A stretch of DNA of 64,000 nucleotides, taken from NCBI GenBank assembly GCA_963705115.1, contig CAVPIX010000016.1, positions 579,051 to 643,050 of the forward strand, read 5' to 3'. The position numbers and the translations under genes were made by a program. Below, in pieces: positions 18,178 to 28,110 of the stretch. How positions within the stretch are numbered: the first letter of the stretch is position 1; every line of letters begins with the position of its first letter. The notes under the pieces were generated by a model. That model ran no database searches. It had not been told where the DNA came from and saw only the letters and a program-made list of their open reading frames with translations. Source of the DNA: an uncultured delta proteobacterium. Its GTDB lineage: Bacteria > Desulfobacterota > Desulfobaccia > Desulfobaccales > 0-14-0-80-60-11.

Positions 18178-19353
18178 ATGAGTGCGGTGATTTCCGGATT
18201 AGAGGTTTTTCTGCAATCCCCCCCGTCATGGGCCGCCGGGGCCGACCTGGGGCTTTTGTGCCATCCCGCCAGCGTGGACCGCAACTTCCGGCCCGCCCCG
18301 GAGCTGGTGGTCCGGCGCTTTCCCGGCCGCCTGCGGGTGCTTTTTTCTCCCCAACATGGCCTCAAGGGCGAAAAACAGGACAACATGGTGTCCTCCCCTG
18401 ATTTTGAGGACCCCTTGCTCGGCATACCGGTGGTCAGTCTTTACGGCCCCCGCCTGGACCCGCATCAGGAAGCCCTGCAGGGCCTGGATGTCTTGCTGGT
18501 GGACCTCCAGGATGTGGGCACCCGGGTGTACACCTACGGGGCCACCCTGGCCCGGGTCATGGCCGCGGCCGCCCAAGCCGGGGTGAAGGTGGCAGTGCTG
18601 GACCGGCCTAATCCTGTGGGGGGCCTCCAGGTTGAGGGCAATATCCTGCGCCCCCAGTGGGCCTCCCTGGTGGGCCCTTACCCCTTGCCCATGCGCCATG
18701 GCTTCACCCTGGGGGAGTTGGCCCGTTATTACAACGCCACGCAAAACCTTGGCTGTGATCTCGAAGTAGTCCCGGCCCGGGGTTGGCGCCGGGAGGACTA
18801 CTTCGACGCCGCCGGTCTTCCCTGGGTGCTGCCCTCCCCCAACCTGCCCACCCTGGAGGGGGCCATCGTCTATCCCGGCCAGGTGCTCCTGGAGGGCACC
18901 AATCTTTCCGAAGGCCGGGGCACCACCCGCCCCTTCGAGTTGTTCGGCGCCCCCTTTCTGGAACCCCGCCGCCTGCGGCACGAACTCTGGGACACCCCTC
19001 TGCCGGGGGTCATTCTGCGGGAGGTGGGTTTTGAGCCCACCTTTCACAAATGGGCCGGGGAGCTTTGCCATGGTTTTCAGCTCCACGTCACCGACCGGGA
19101 GGCCTTCAAGCCCTATTACACCACCCTGGGCCTGCTCGCGGCCATCCGGCGCCTCTACCCGGAGCAGTTCGCCTGGCGCCAGCCTCCCTATGAATATGAA
19201 ACCGAGCGTCTGCCCATTGATTTACTGACCGGGGACGCGGCCATCCGGGAAGGCATTGACACGGGCCGGGCTGTTCCTGAGCTGGAGGCTGCCTGGCAGC
19301 CCGGCCTCAAGGACTTTGCCACGGCCAGCCGAGAGTTTTGGTTGTATCGATAG
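18178..19353 (+). CDS. DUF1343 family protein (YbbC/NamZ-like exo-beta-N-acetylmuramidase family)
   Basis: 391 aa; matches my recollection of the family pattern: ...FSPQHGLKGEKQDN..., VVSLYG, LVDLQDVGTRVYTY, VLDRPNPVGG, PMRHGFTLGELA. Confidence 0.8.
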   Translation: MSAVISGLEVFLQSPPSWAAGADLGLLCHPASVDRNFRPAPELVVRRFPGRLRVLFSPQHGLKGEKQDNMVSSPDFEDPLLGIPVVSLYGPRLDPHQEALQGLDVLLVDLQDVGTRVYTYGATLARVMAAAAQAGVKVAVLDRPNPVGGLQVEGNILRPQWASLVGPYPLPMRHGFTLGELARYYNATQNLGCDLEVVPARGWRREDYFDAAGLPWVLPSPNLPTLEGAIVYPGQVLLEGTNLSEGRGTTRPFELFGAPFLEPRRLRHELWDTPLPGVILREVGFEPTFHKWAGELCHGFQLHVTDREAFKPYYTTLGLLAAIRRLYPEQFAWRQPPYEYETERLPIDLLTGDAAIREGIDTGRAVPELEAAWQPGLKDFATASREFWLYR

Positions 19354-19563
19354 TGGGGGGAGGGCCAGGGACCTGAGGTCCCTGCCCTCCCCCCACACCC
19401 CCCTCCCAACCCGCAAAGGGGCCGAGAAAGTCGAGGTCTTACTCTCGACTTTCTCGGGAAATTCTCGCCATAAGGGATTGGGGGAGGGGGTAAGGGCCCA
19501 CCGGCCCTTAGCCCCCTCCTCCGCAGAGATTCGATGATTGCTTTTGCGGAGCAAAGGACATAA
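19354..19563. repeat. MITE-like element copy lacking the left terminal repeat
   Basis: Begins directly after the stop at 19353 with GGGGGGAGGGCCAGGGACCTGAGGTCCCTGCCC..., has the same module order as 407-660, and ends in CTTTTGCGGAGCAAAGGACATAA. The central hairpin has a different sequence but the same structure (GAGAAAGTCGAGGTCTTACTCTCGACTTTCTC). Confidence 0.75.
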
Positions 19564-19658
19564 TCGAAAACAGAAAAACCTGCTTGCCTTGTGAAAAAGA
19601 CGGAAAAGGTATACCATGAAGCCAAGGTCCTGGTTTTATTCCAGGAAAAAGGACCCTT

Positions 19659-20612
19659 GTGAACAACCGATTGATGAAAAAAAGTATGAGCTTACCCCTG
19701 GTGATCCTCTGGCTCTGGGCCGTCCTGTTCCTGGCCGGTTGCGGCGAAGGGGAACCCATTAAAAAGATTGATTTGTCGCAGCGGGAGGAGGTCACGGTCC
19801 GTGGGCCTGAGAACGCCATCACCTATGCCTATCTCCCCCAATATGCCCACACGGTGTCTTATGAACGGCACCACCTGGTGGTGGACTATCTGAGCCGCGC
19901 CACCGGCCTGGCCTTCCGCCAGGTGTTTCCCGACACCTTTGACGAACACATGAACATGGTGGGAAGGGGCCTCATCGACATCACCTTCAGCAACCCCTTT
20001 ATTTATGTGAAGATTGCCGACCTCTACGGGGCCCGGGCCTTTGCCCGCATCGTGGAAGACAAGGGCAAGGAAAATTTCCGCGGCCAGATTATTGTCCGGG
20101 CCGACAATCAGCAGATAAAGACCCTGACGGACATAAGGGGCAAGCGCCTGATTGCCGTGGACCCCACCTCCGCCGGGGGGTTTCTCTATCCCTGGGGTTT
20201 GATCCTGGAGCAGGGCATCCGCAAGGAAGATCTGGCGGAAATCGCCTTCGCGCCGGGACCCGGGGGCAAACAGGAAAAGGTGGTCATGGCGGTGTTGTCG
20301 GGCAAATACGACGTGGGCATCATCCGGGAAGGGACCCTGGATATCATGGCCGGCAAGATCGACCTCAACCGCATCCGGGTGCTGGCTCACTCCCATTGGT
20401 ACCCGGGGTGGGTCTATGCGGCGAGGCGGGGGCTCGACCCAGGTGTGGTGGACAAAATCAGAACCGCACTGCTGGAGCTGAACGCAGACAATCCCGAACA
20501 CGCCGCCATCCTTAAAAAGGCCGGCTTCATGGCCATTGTTCCGGCCAGGGATGAGGATTTCAACCCGGTGCGGCGCCTGGGCCAGTTCGTGGTAACCGGC
20601 GAAAAACCCTGA
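19659..20612 (+). CDS. PhnD-like (phosphonate/phosphate ABC-type) periplasmic substrate-binding lipoprotein
   Basis: 317 aa; lipobox LFLAGC; PhnD/SsuA-type binding fold pattern (YLPQY..., FRGQIIVRADN..., GGFLYPW...). No ABC permease or ATPase adjacent; the next gene is a sensor kinase. Confidence 0.75.
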   Translation: MNNRLMKKSMSLPLVILWLWAVLFLAGCGEGEPIKKIDLSQREEVTVRGPENAITYAYLPQYAHTVSYERHHLVVDYLSRATGLAFRQVFPDTFDEHMNMVGRGLIDITFSNPFIYVKIADLYGARAFARIVEDKGKENFRGQIIVRADNQQIKTLTDIRGKRLIAVDPTSAGGFLYPWGLILEQGIRKEDLAEIAFAPGPGGKQEKVVMAVLSGKYDVGIIREGTLDIMAGKIDLNRIRVLAHSHWYPGWVYAARRGLDPGVVDKIRTALLELNADNPEHAAILKKAGFMAIVPARDEDFNPVRRLGQFVVTGEKP

Positions 20613-20641
20613 CCCGGCCCGAGGCCGGCAGCATTGGCATT

Positions 20642-22744
20642 ATGGGCATCATACGGTTTCTCAACAGATTATCCCTGCGAAATAAGATTGTTATCGGCAT
20701 CAGCGCCATAGTGATTATCTTCGGGGTGCTGTCGGCCCTGTTTGCCAGCCGTATTGCCGGCAGCGCCATGTTGGAGGAAATCAAAAAGCGCGGCCGGGTC
20801 ATGAGCCTCGGCCTGGCGGCCCGCATTGCCGATCCCATGCTGGCGTTAGACTTTCTCCGTCTGAAAAACATGGTGGACGAAGTCGATGAATCAAGTGACG
20901 ACATCGTCTATGTCTTTGTTCAGGATAAAGACGGCCGGGTCTTATCCCATTCTTTTAAGGGGGGGTTCCCGGTTAACCTGAAGGATGCCAACCAGGCGCC
21001 GCCGGGCGCCGCGGAGCATATTCACCTGCTGGAAATTGACGAAGGGGAACGGGTTTATGATTTCGCCATCCCCGTCACCATCAGTCATGAGCGCCTGGGC
21101 ACGGTAAGACTGGGGCTTTCCCAGAAGGAGGCTCAGGCCGCGGTCTCAAGGCTCCTGTTCATCATCTTTGGGGCCTCCCTGGGCGCGGGCCTGCTGGCCA
21201 TCGTTCTGGGCACCCTTTATGCCGGCACCGTCACCCGCCGCCTGGACATCCTGAGGAAATCTGCGGAAGAGATCGTCAAGGGGAACCTTGATGTGCAGAC
21301 CGGGCCTCAACTCCCGCGCAACTGCTGGGACCTCAAAAATTGTCAGCAACCGGAATGCCCGGCCTACGGCGACACCCGCCGGCGCTGCTGGTATCTGTCC
21401 GGCACCTTGTGCCCGGAATGCGCCGCGGGCGGGTTTGAACAAAAAATCAAGGCTTGTCAGGACTGTCAGGTCTTTTGGGAAAACAGCGGCGATGAAGTCC
21501 AGGGGCTGGCCGAAGATTTTGATTACATGGCCCTCAGTCTGCGCTCCTACATCGCCAGTCTCAAGGCCGCGGAGGCCAATATCGCCAGGCAGCAGCAAGT
21601 GACCAAGACCATTATGGAAGTCAACCCCGACCTGGTGAGCCTCCAGGACGCAGGGTTGCGCTACCAGGCCGTCAACCCCGCGTTTTGCCAATATTTCACC
21701 CTGCAGGAAAGAGACATCATCGGCAAAACTGAGGCGGAGATCTTCCCCCCGGACAAGGCTGATGTCTTCACAGCCGAAGACCGGGAGATTCTCAGGACCG
21801 GCAGGCCGCTATCCAAGGAAGTCCTCATCAGCAAAGGCAACGACAAGCACTGGTTCCACATCGTCAAGGTGCCCGTGTACGATGAGGACCAAATCGCAGG
21901 ACTCCTGCTCACGGCCCGAGATATCACCGCCATGAAAAAATTTCAGGAAAAGCTCATTCAGGCCGTCAAAATGGAGGAACTGGGCAAGCTGGCCGGGGGG
22001 GTGGCCCACGAAATCAACACTCCCTTGGGCATTATCCTGGGGTATGCCCAGATGCTCATAGAGGACCTGCCCCAGGACACGGAAAGTCACGAATTTCTGA
22101 AGATAATTGAGAAGCAGGCGCAGATCTGCCGCCACATCGTGGCCGATCTCCTGAGTTTTTCCCGGGTCAGCGAAAGCCGCATGGCAGAAATGAATCTCAA
22201 TCAGTCCATTGAGGAGGTGCTGACCCTGGTGCGCCAAATTTTCAGGCAGAACTGGGTGGACGTGGAGGTCTCTCTTGATCCCCACATTCCCCCCATCCGC
22301 GGCGACCGGGAAAAACTCAACCAGGTCTGGCTTAATCTCCTGAATAACGCCTTTGAATCCATCGGCCGGGAAGGCGCCATCCGCCTAACCTCAAAGTTGT
22401 GCCCCCAGGGCAATCATGTCTTGGTGACCGTGGCCGACACCGGCGCGGGCATCAATGACCAGGACCTGGAGAAAATTTTTGAGCCTTTCTTCAGCACCAA
22501 GGCCCCGGGAATGGGCACCGGCCTGGGGCTGTCGGTTTCTTTCGGCATTGTCCGGGAGCATCAGGGCAAAATTTTTGCGCTGAGTCCGGCCCCGCCGAAA
22601 TTTTTGGGGAATGCCGACAAACACAAGGGGCCGGGCGCCCTGTTTGTGGTGCTCTTGCCGGTGGACTGGGAGAAACCCGTGGCGGATGCCTGCGAGGAAC
22701 TGGCGGGCTTCAATATGCAGGATATACGATGGGCCACCGGTTAG
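20642..22744 (+). CDS. sensor histidine kinase (TM, HAMP, Cys-rich two-CW-like insert, PAS, HisKA, HATPase_c)
   Basis: 700 aa; H-box [14 protein letters not shown] boxes ([22 protein letters not shown]). Cys-rich segment [53 protein letters not shown] (about 21320-21478). Confidence 0.9.
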   Translation: MGIIRFLNRLSLRNKIVIGISAIVIIFGVLSALFASRIAGSAMLEEIKKRGRVMSLGLAARIADPMLALDFLRLKNMVDEVDESSDDIVYVFVQDKDGRVLSHSFKGGFPVNLKDANQAPPGAAEHIHLLEIDEGERVYDFAIPVTISHERLGTVRLGLSQKEAQAAVSRLLFIIFGASLGAGLLAIVLGTLYAGTVTRRLDILRKSAEEIVKGNLDVQTGPQLPRNCWDLKNCQQPECPAYGDTRRRCWYLSGTLCPECAAGGFEQKIKACQDCQVFWENSGDEVQGLAEDFDYMALSLRSYIASLKAAEANIARQQQVTKTIMEVNPDLVSLQDAGLRYQAVNPAFCQYFTLQERDIIGKTEAEIFPPDKADVFTAEDREILRTGRPLSKEVLISKGNDKHWFHIVKVPVYDEDQIAGLLLTARDITAMKKFQEKLIQAVKMEELGKLAGGVAHEINTPLGIILGYAQMLIEDLPQDTESHEFLKIIEKQAQICRHIVADLLSFSRVSESRMAEMNLNQSIEEVLTLVRQIFRQNWVDVEVSLDPHIPPIRGDREKLNQVWLNLLNNAFESIGREGAIRLTSKLCPQGNHVLVTVADTGAGINDQDLEKIFEPFFSTKAPGMGTGLGLSVSFGIVREHQGKIFALSPAPPKFLGNADKHKGPGALFVVLLPVDWEKPVADACEELAGFNMQDIRWATG

Positions 22745-22752
22745 GGGGATGA

Positions 22753-23136
22753 ATGGGACGGATACTGGTGCTGGATGATGTCCTGGATGCCGGCGTCATG
22801 ATCAAGCGCATCCTGGAGCGCAAGGGCCACCAGGTGGCGGTCTTCACCGATGAACAGGAAGCCCTAAGGTATGCGGCTTCCTCACCGGTGGAGGTGGCCA
22901 TTCTGGATATCCGGCTCAAGAACATGAGCGGCGTCGATGTCCTGGAAGAACTGAAAAAAATTTCCCCCCGGACCCAGGTGATCATGCTCACCGGTTATCC
23001 CACCCTGGAAACGGCGCGCCAGGCAGAGGCGTGGGGAGCCTTTGACTATTGCGCCAAACCCATCGACAAGGATGAACTGGAAGAAAAGGTGGCCGCGGCC
23101 CTGGCCGCGGGGGCTGCCTCTGTCAAGTCCGCATGA
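22753..23136 (+). CDS. single-domain response regulator (CheY-like receiver)
   Basis: 127 aa; ILVLDD..., phospho-acceptor D in AILDIRL, conserved MLTGY and K in CAKP. Confidence 0.9.
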   Translation: MGRILVLDDVLDAGVMIKRILERKGHQVAVFTDEQEALRYAASSPVEVAILDIRLKNMSGVDVLEELKKISPRTQVIMLTGYPTLETARQAEAWGAFDYCAKPIDKDELEEKVAAALAAGAASVKSA

Positions 23137-23461
23137 ATCTTATTCCAAGTCGTCATCATATCAGTAGTTGCTAAGGTATCTGCCAGGCAGGTTCAATAGA
23201 TTCGTAGAACTGATGAAACTGAGAGGAAGACAAATCCCCCCTGCCCCCCTTTAATAAAGGGGGGTTCAAGATATCGGCAAGCCCAAGTCCCCCTTTGCTA
23301 AAGGGGGATTTAGGGGGATTTGATAAGCGGGGAAACGCGGGATGCGCTCATACCGAGTTGTGTTCTAAGAGCAATTTTTCATAGCCACAGGCTTCAGCCT
23401 GTGCCACCGTTTGACTGCAAACTGGTATCAGCTTTCCCGCCCGACGACCTGAGATAACCCC

Positions 23462-24935
23462 TTATTTCTTTTCCGCCCCCCGGTTAATTTCACCTCGAAC
23501 GTTTGGTTGCAGGCCGGCAGGTTCGCCGGCGGTCTGCCAGCCGCCGCCCAGGGACCGGTAGAGGGCGATGACCGCCAGGAGCTCATTGGCCTGGGCCTGG
23601 GTGAGGCGCAACTGGGACTCAAAAAGCTGCCGGTCTGAATCCAGGACCTCAAGATAAGGGGTGACGCCCCCAAAATAGCGCTGATAGGCCAGGTCGGTTT
23701 GCTGTTTCAGGGCCTTGACCTGCTTTTCGGCTTCGATGCGCACCTCACGGAGGCGCTGCACTGCGATGAGGGCGTCAGAGACGTCCTGGAAGGCCTGCTG
23801 AATGGATTTTTTGTAGGTCAGGATCAGCTCTTCTTTTTGGGCCTCTGTCAGGCGGACCCCGGCCCGGAGCCGACCGCCCTGGAAGAGGGGCTGCACCACA
23901 ATGGGAGAAAGGAGGTCCCAGAAGCTGGCGGGTCCGGTGAACAGGCTCTTCAGGGCCGCGGACTCCCAGCCCGCCACCCCGGTAAGCCGGACATTGGGGA
24001 ACAGGAGGGCCTTGGCCTCCCCCACCCTGGCGTTGCCCGCCACCAACTGCTGCTCCGCGGCCCGGATATCGGGACGGCGCTCCAGCAAGCGAGGAGGGGA
24101 GACCCGGCGGCACGGTGACCGTCAGGTCCTGCTCCAGGAGAGACTTGCCCCGGAGGATGGGCCCCGGGTTGCGCCCGATGAGCACACTGAGCAGGTTTTC
24201 CTTCTGCTCGATGGCCCGCTTGGCCTCAGGCACCACAGCCCGGGCCCCGTAAAGCAAGTTTTCGGTCATGAGCACCGGGGTGAGGGAATCCCAGCCGTAG
24301 CTGAAGCGCGCCTTCACCAGGGTGAGGGAATCTTCCCGGGTTTTGACGGTGCGTTCGCTGATATCCAGCTGCTGGTCCAGGGCCCGCAGTTCGATGTACG
24401 CCCGGGCCACATCGCTGATGAGGGTCTGGATGACGAATCTGCGGTTCTCTTCGGACGCGAAAAATTCAGCCCGGGCCGCTTCCGTGGCCCGACGGATGCG
24501 GCCGAAGAAGTCGATTTCCCAGGAGAGGTCCCCGGTCACCAGCCCCACCATGCGGTCATAGCGCGGCGTCCCCGAGGTCAGGCCTCTTTCGGAGGTCCGC
24601 ACCGCCTCCATCTGGCCCCCGGCGTTCACCGAAGGAAACAGGAAGGACCGCTGAATGGTGACCCGCTCCCGGGCCGCCAGCACCCGTTGAGCCGCGATCT
24701 GGACGTCGTAGTTTTCTTTCAAGGCAATGGTTATGAGTTCCTGGAGCTTGGGGTCCTTGAAGACCTCAAACCATCTCAGATCTCCGAAGGAGACCCCGGC
24801 CGGCTGGGCGGGCAGGTCCGGCCCCTGGCCCCGGAAAGTTTCCGGCGTAGGATAAGGAGGCCTCTGGTAATTGGGGCCCACCTTGCAGCCCCAGAGCAGC
24901 CCCAGGGTCAACAGGGCGATCAACCAGGTCCTCAT
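23462..24935 (-). pseudogene. RND efflux outer-membrane factor lipoprotein (NodT family), frame broken by a 1-nt indel near 24086-24105
   Basis: ORF 23775..24935 gives lipobox LLWGC and the first TolC-like repeat up to ...VPPGLPSS. ORF 23462..24088 continues in another frame with LLERRPDIRAAEQQLVAGNARVGEAKA.... Together they make one normal-length OMF. Confidence 0.85.
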
Positions 24936-27900
24936 GACTTTTCTCCTTGCTCACCTAAGGGATTGGCCACGGGGGCGGCAGGCGGCGGATGTTCCGGGCT
25001 TTTGCGGTGGGACCATTTTTCCACCACATAGAAGGTTACCGGAATGAGGAAAATGGCGATGATGGTGGCCGCCAGCATGCCCCCGATCACCGAGGTGCCC
25101 ATGACCTTGCGGGCGATGGCCCCGGAGCCCGAGGCCAGGGCCAGGGGCACGCACCCCAGGATAAACGCGAAACTGGTCATGAGAATGGGCCGGAGCCTGA
25201 GGCGCGCCCCCTCCAGGGCCGCGTCGGCCACATCCCGGCCTTTGTCATATTCCATCTTGGCGAATTCCACGATAAGGATGGCGTTTTTGGCTGCCAGGCC
25301 GATGAGCATAACCAGGCCGATCTGGGCATAGAGATTGAGCTCCATACTGCGCATGAAAATTCCCAGAAAGGCCCCGAAAACCGCGATGGGCGTGCCCAAT
25401 AGCACGCTGAAGGGCAGCGACCAGCTCTCGTACTGGGCCGCCAGGATCAAAAAGACAAAGGTCAGGGACAGGGCGAAAATGACCCAGGTGGGCACCCCCT
25501 CCTGGGCCTTTTTCTCCTGGAAGGACATGCCCAGGTAGTCATAGCCCATCTCCGGCGGCATGGTTGCCTTGAAGACCTCCTCCAGGGCCCGCATGCCCTG
25601 GGCGGAACTGAAGCCAGGGGCATTGACCGCGTTGATCTGGACGGCCCGGTAGAGGTTGTAGCGCATGGTGAACTCCGGCCCGGAGCGCTGCTCCAGGCTG
25701 GTGAGGGCGCTCAAGGGCACCGCGTCGCCGTTCTTGTTGCGCACATAGAACTGGCCCAATTGTTGGGCCTGGACCCGAAATTCCCCCTCGGCCTGGACGT
25801 ACACCTGCCACTGGCGGCCGAAGCGGTTGAAGTAATTGACGAAATAGCCGCCCATGAAGGCCTGCAGCACCCGGTAGACCTCGCTGATGTCCACCCCTTG
25901 TTTGAGGACCTTGTCCCGGTCCACCTTGACGAAAATCTGGGGCACGGTGGGCACAAAAGTGGTGGTCACCCGGGACAGTTCCGGCCGTTGTTTGGCCGCG
26001 GCCAGGAATTTCTGGGTATTCTCCCAGAGAAAGTTGATATCCTTGCCGGCCCGGTCCTCCAGGATGAAGGTGACCCCGCCGGCGGTGCCGATGCCGGGGA
26101 TGGCCGGGGGCGAAAACGCGAAGGCGGTGCCCTGGGGGAGTTGGGCCAGCTTCTGGTTCAGGCCGGCCATGATGGCTTCGTATTTTTCTTCAGGCTTATG
26201 GCGCTCATGCCAGGGCTTGAGGGTCACGAAGAAAAAGCCGCTGTAGGTGTTGGTAACCCCGCTGAGCATGCTGTAGCCGATGACCGAGGTGACATACTCC
26301 ACCCCCGGGGTCTTCGCCATGATTTCTTCGATATCTCGGCAGACCTCGCTGGTGCGCTGCAGGGAGGAGGCGTCAGGCAACTGCACCCCGGCATAGAGAT
26401 AGCCCTGGTCCTCCTCCGGCAGGAAGCCCCCGGGGAGCCGGCCCCCCAAAAAGCCCGTGAGCACCGTCACCAGGACCAGAAAAAGTAGGCTCATGCCGGC
26501 CTTCCGGATAAACACGCCGCACCAGCGGACATAGCCGTTGGTGGCCTTGCCGAAAAAGTCGTTGAACCAGCGGTAAAAGCGGCTAAGCGGGCCCCGGGAT
26601 TCCTTTTTGGGCCTTAAAATCATGGCAGCCAGGGCCGGGGACAGGGTCAAGGCGTTGAAGGCGCTGATGAGCACGGAGATGGCGATGGTGATGGCGAACT
26701 GCTGGTAGAGCCGGCCGGTGATCCCCGGAATAAAAATGGTGGGGAGAAAGACCGCGGAGAGGACGAGGGCGATGGCCACCACCGGTCCGGAGACCTCTTC
26801 CATGGCCTTGAAGGTGGCTTCCTTGGGAGAAAGCCCATGCTCGATGTGGTGCTCCACGGCCTCTACCACCACGATGGCGTCGTCCACCACCAGGCCGATG
26901 GCCAGCACCAGCCCCATCAAGGCAATGGTGTTGATGTTGAAGCCGATGAGGGGAAAGAAAGCAAAGGTGCCGATCAGTGACACGGGCACGGCCAGGGCCG
27001 GGATGAGGGTGGCCCGCCAGCCCTGGAGAAAGATAAAGACCACGATGATAACCAGGATGAGGGCTTCAAACAGGGTGTGGAGGATTTCTTTGATGCCCTC
27101 CCGCACCGCCTGGGTGGTGTCCAGGGCAATGACGTAATCCATGTCCGGCGGGAAGGATTTTTTGGCCTGCTCCATGAGGGCCTTCACCCCGTCCACGGCC
27201 TGGATGGCGTTGGTGCCAGGGAGTTGGTAGAGGGCCAGGACCGCAGAGGCCTTGCCGTTCAGGCGGCCCTCGAGGGCGTAGGTCTGGGCCCCCAATTCGA
27301 TCCTGGCCACATCCCGTAAGCGTACCAGCGACCCGTCCGGGTTGGCCCGCAGCACAATCCGGGCAAACTCCTCGGGGTCCTGCAGGCGGCCCTGGGAACG
27401 GATGGCATAGGTGTATTCCTGCCCCGGCGGCGCCGGTTCCGCGCCCACCTGCCCCGAGGGGTTGACGGTGTTCTGCTTCTGGATGGCATCAACGATCTCG
27501 GGGATAGTGATGTTCAGCTTGGCCAACTGGTCGGGCCTGACCCAGAAGCGCATGGCATATTGGCCGGCCCCGAAGACGGTGACGCTGGCGATGCCGGACA
27601 CCCGGGTGATCTGGTCATTTAAGTTGATGTAGGCGTAGTTGGCCAGGAAGATGGCGTCGTAGGTGCCGTTGGGGGAAATGAGGTCCACCACCATCAGGGG
27701 CGCGGCGGTGGATTTTTTGATGGTGACGCCGTAGTTGCGCACGTCCGACGGCAGCTTGGCTTCGGCCTGGCTCTCCCGCATCTGGGTCAGCACCTGGTCG
27801 ATGTTGGGGTCGGTTTTGACATCAAAGTTCACGTACAGCTTGAGCTCGCCGTTGTTGGCGTTCAAGGAGTACATGTAATTCATGTTGTCCACGCCGCTCA

Positions 27901-28105
27901 TCTCCTGCTCGATGGGCGTGGCCACGGATTGCTCCACCGTCTGGGCGTCGGCCCCCACGTAGGTGGTGTTGACGAAGATTTCCGGCGGCACGATGTTGGG
28001 GTATTGGGAAATGGGCAGGCCCAGGAGGGCCACCACTCCCACGATCACCATGACGATGGCGATGACGATGGCCACGATGGGGCGGTTGATGAAAAAGCGC
28101 GCCAT
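24932..28105 (-). CDS. RND multidrug efflux permease (HAE1/AcrB family)
   Basis: 1057 aa; MARFFINRPIVAIVIAIVM..., 12-TM architecture with two large periplasmic loops. Start of the OMF gene overlaps its stop (ATGA). Confidence 0.95.
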   Translation of the reverse strand: MARFFINRPIVAIVIAIVMVIVGVVALLGLPISQYPNIVPPEIFVNTTYVGADAQTVEQSVATPIEQEMSGVDNMNYMYSLNANNGELKLYVNFDVKTDPNIDQVLTQMRESQAEAKLPSDVRNYGVTIKKSTAAPLMVVDLISPNGTYDAIFLANYAYINLNDQITRVSGIASVTVFGAGQYAMRFWVRPDQLAKLNITIPEIVDAIQKQNTVNPSGQVGAEPAPPGQEYTYAIRSQGRLQDPEEFARIVLRANPDGSLVRLRDVARIELGAQTYALEGRLNGKASAVLALYQLPGTNAIQAVDGVKALMEQAKKSFPPDMDYVIALDTTQAVREGIKEILHTLFEALILVIIVVFIFLQGWRATLIPALAVPVSLIGTFAFFPLIGFNINTIALMGLVLAIGLVVDDAIVVVEAVEHHIEHGLSPKEATFKAMEEVSGPVVAIALVLSAVFLPTIFIPGITGRLYQQFAITIAISVLISAFNALTLSPALAAMILRPKKESRGPLSRFYRWFNDFFGKATNGYVRWCGVFIRKAGMSLLFLVLVTVLTGFLGGRLPGGFLPEEDQGYLYAGVQLPDASSLQRTSEVCRDIEEIMAKTPGVEYVTSVIGYSMLSGVTNTYSGFFFVTLKPWHERHKPEEKYEAIMAGLNQKLAQLPQGTAFAFSPPAIPGIGTAGGVTFILEDRAGKDINFLWENTQKFLAAAKQRPELSRVTTTFVPTVPQIFVKVDRDKVLKQGVDISEVYRVLQAFMGGYFVNYFNRFGRQWQVYVQAEGEFRVQAQQLGQFYVRNKNGDAVPLSALTSLEQRSGPEFTMRYNLYRAVQINAVNAPGFSSAQGMRALEEVFKATMPPEMGYDYLGMSFQEKKAQEGVPTWVIFALSLTFVFLILAAQYESWSLPFSVLLGTPIAVFGAFLGIFMRSMELNLYAQIGLVMLIGLAAKNAILIVEFAKMEYDKGRDVADAALEGARLRLRPILMTSFAFILGCVPLALASGSGAIARKVMGTSVIGGMLAATIIAIFLIPVTFYVVEKWSHRKSPEHPPPAAPVANPLGEQGEKS

Positions 28106-28110
28106 GACCC

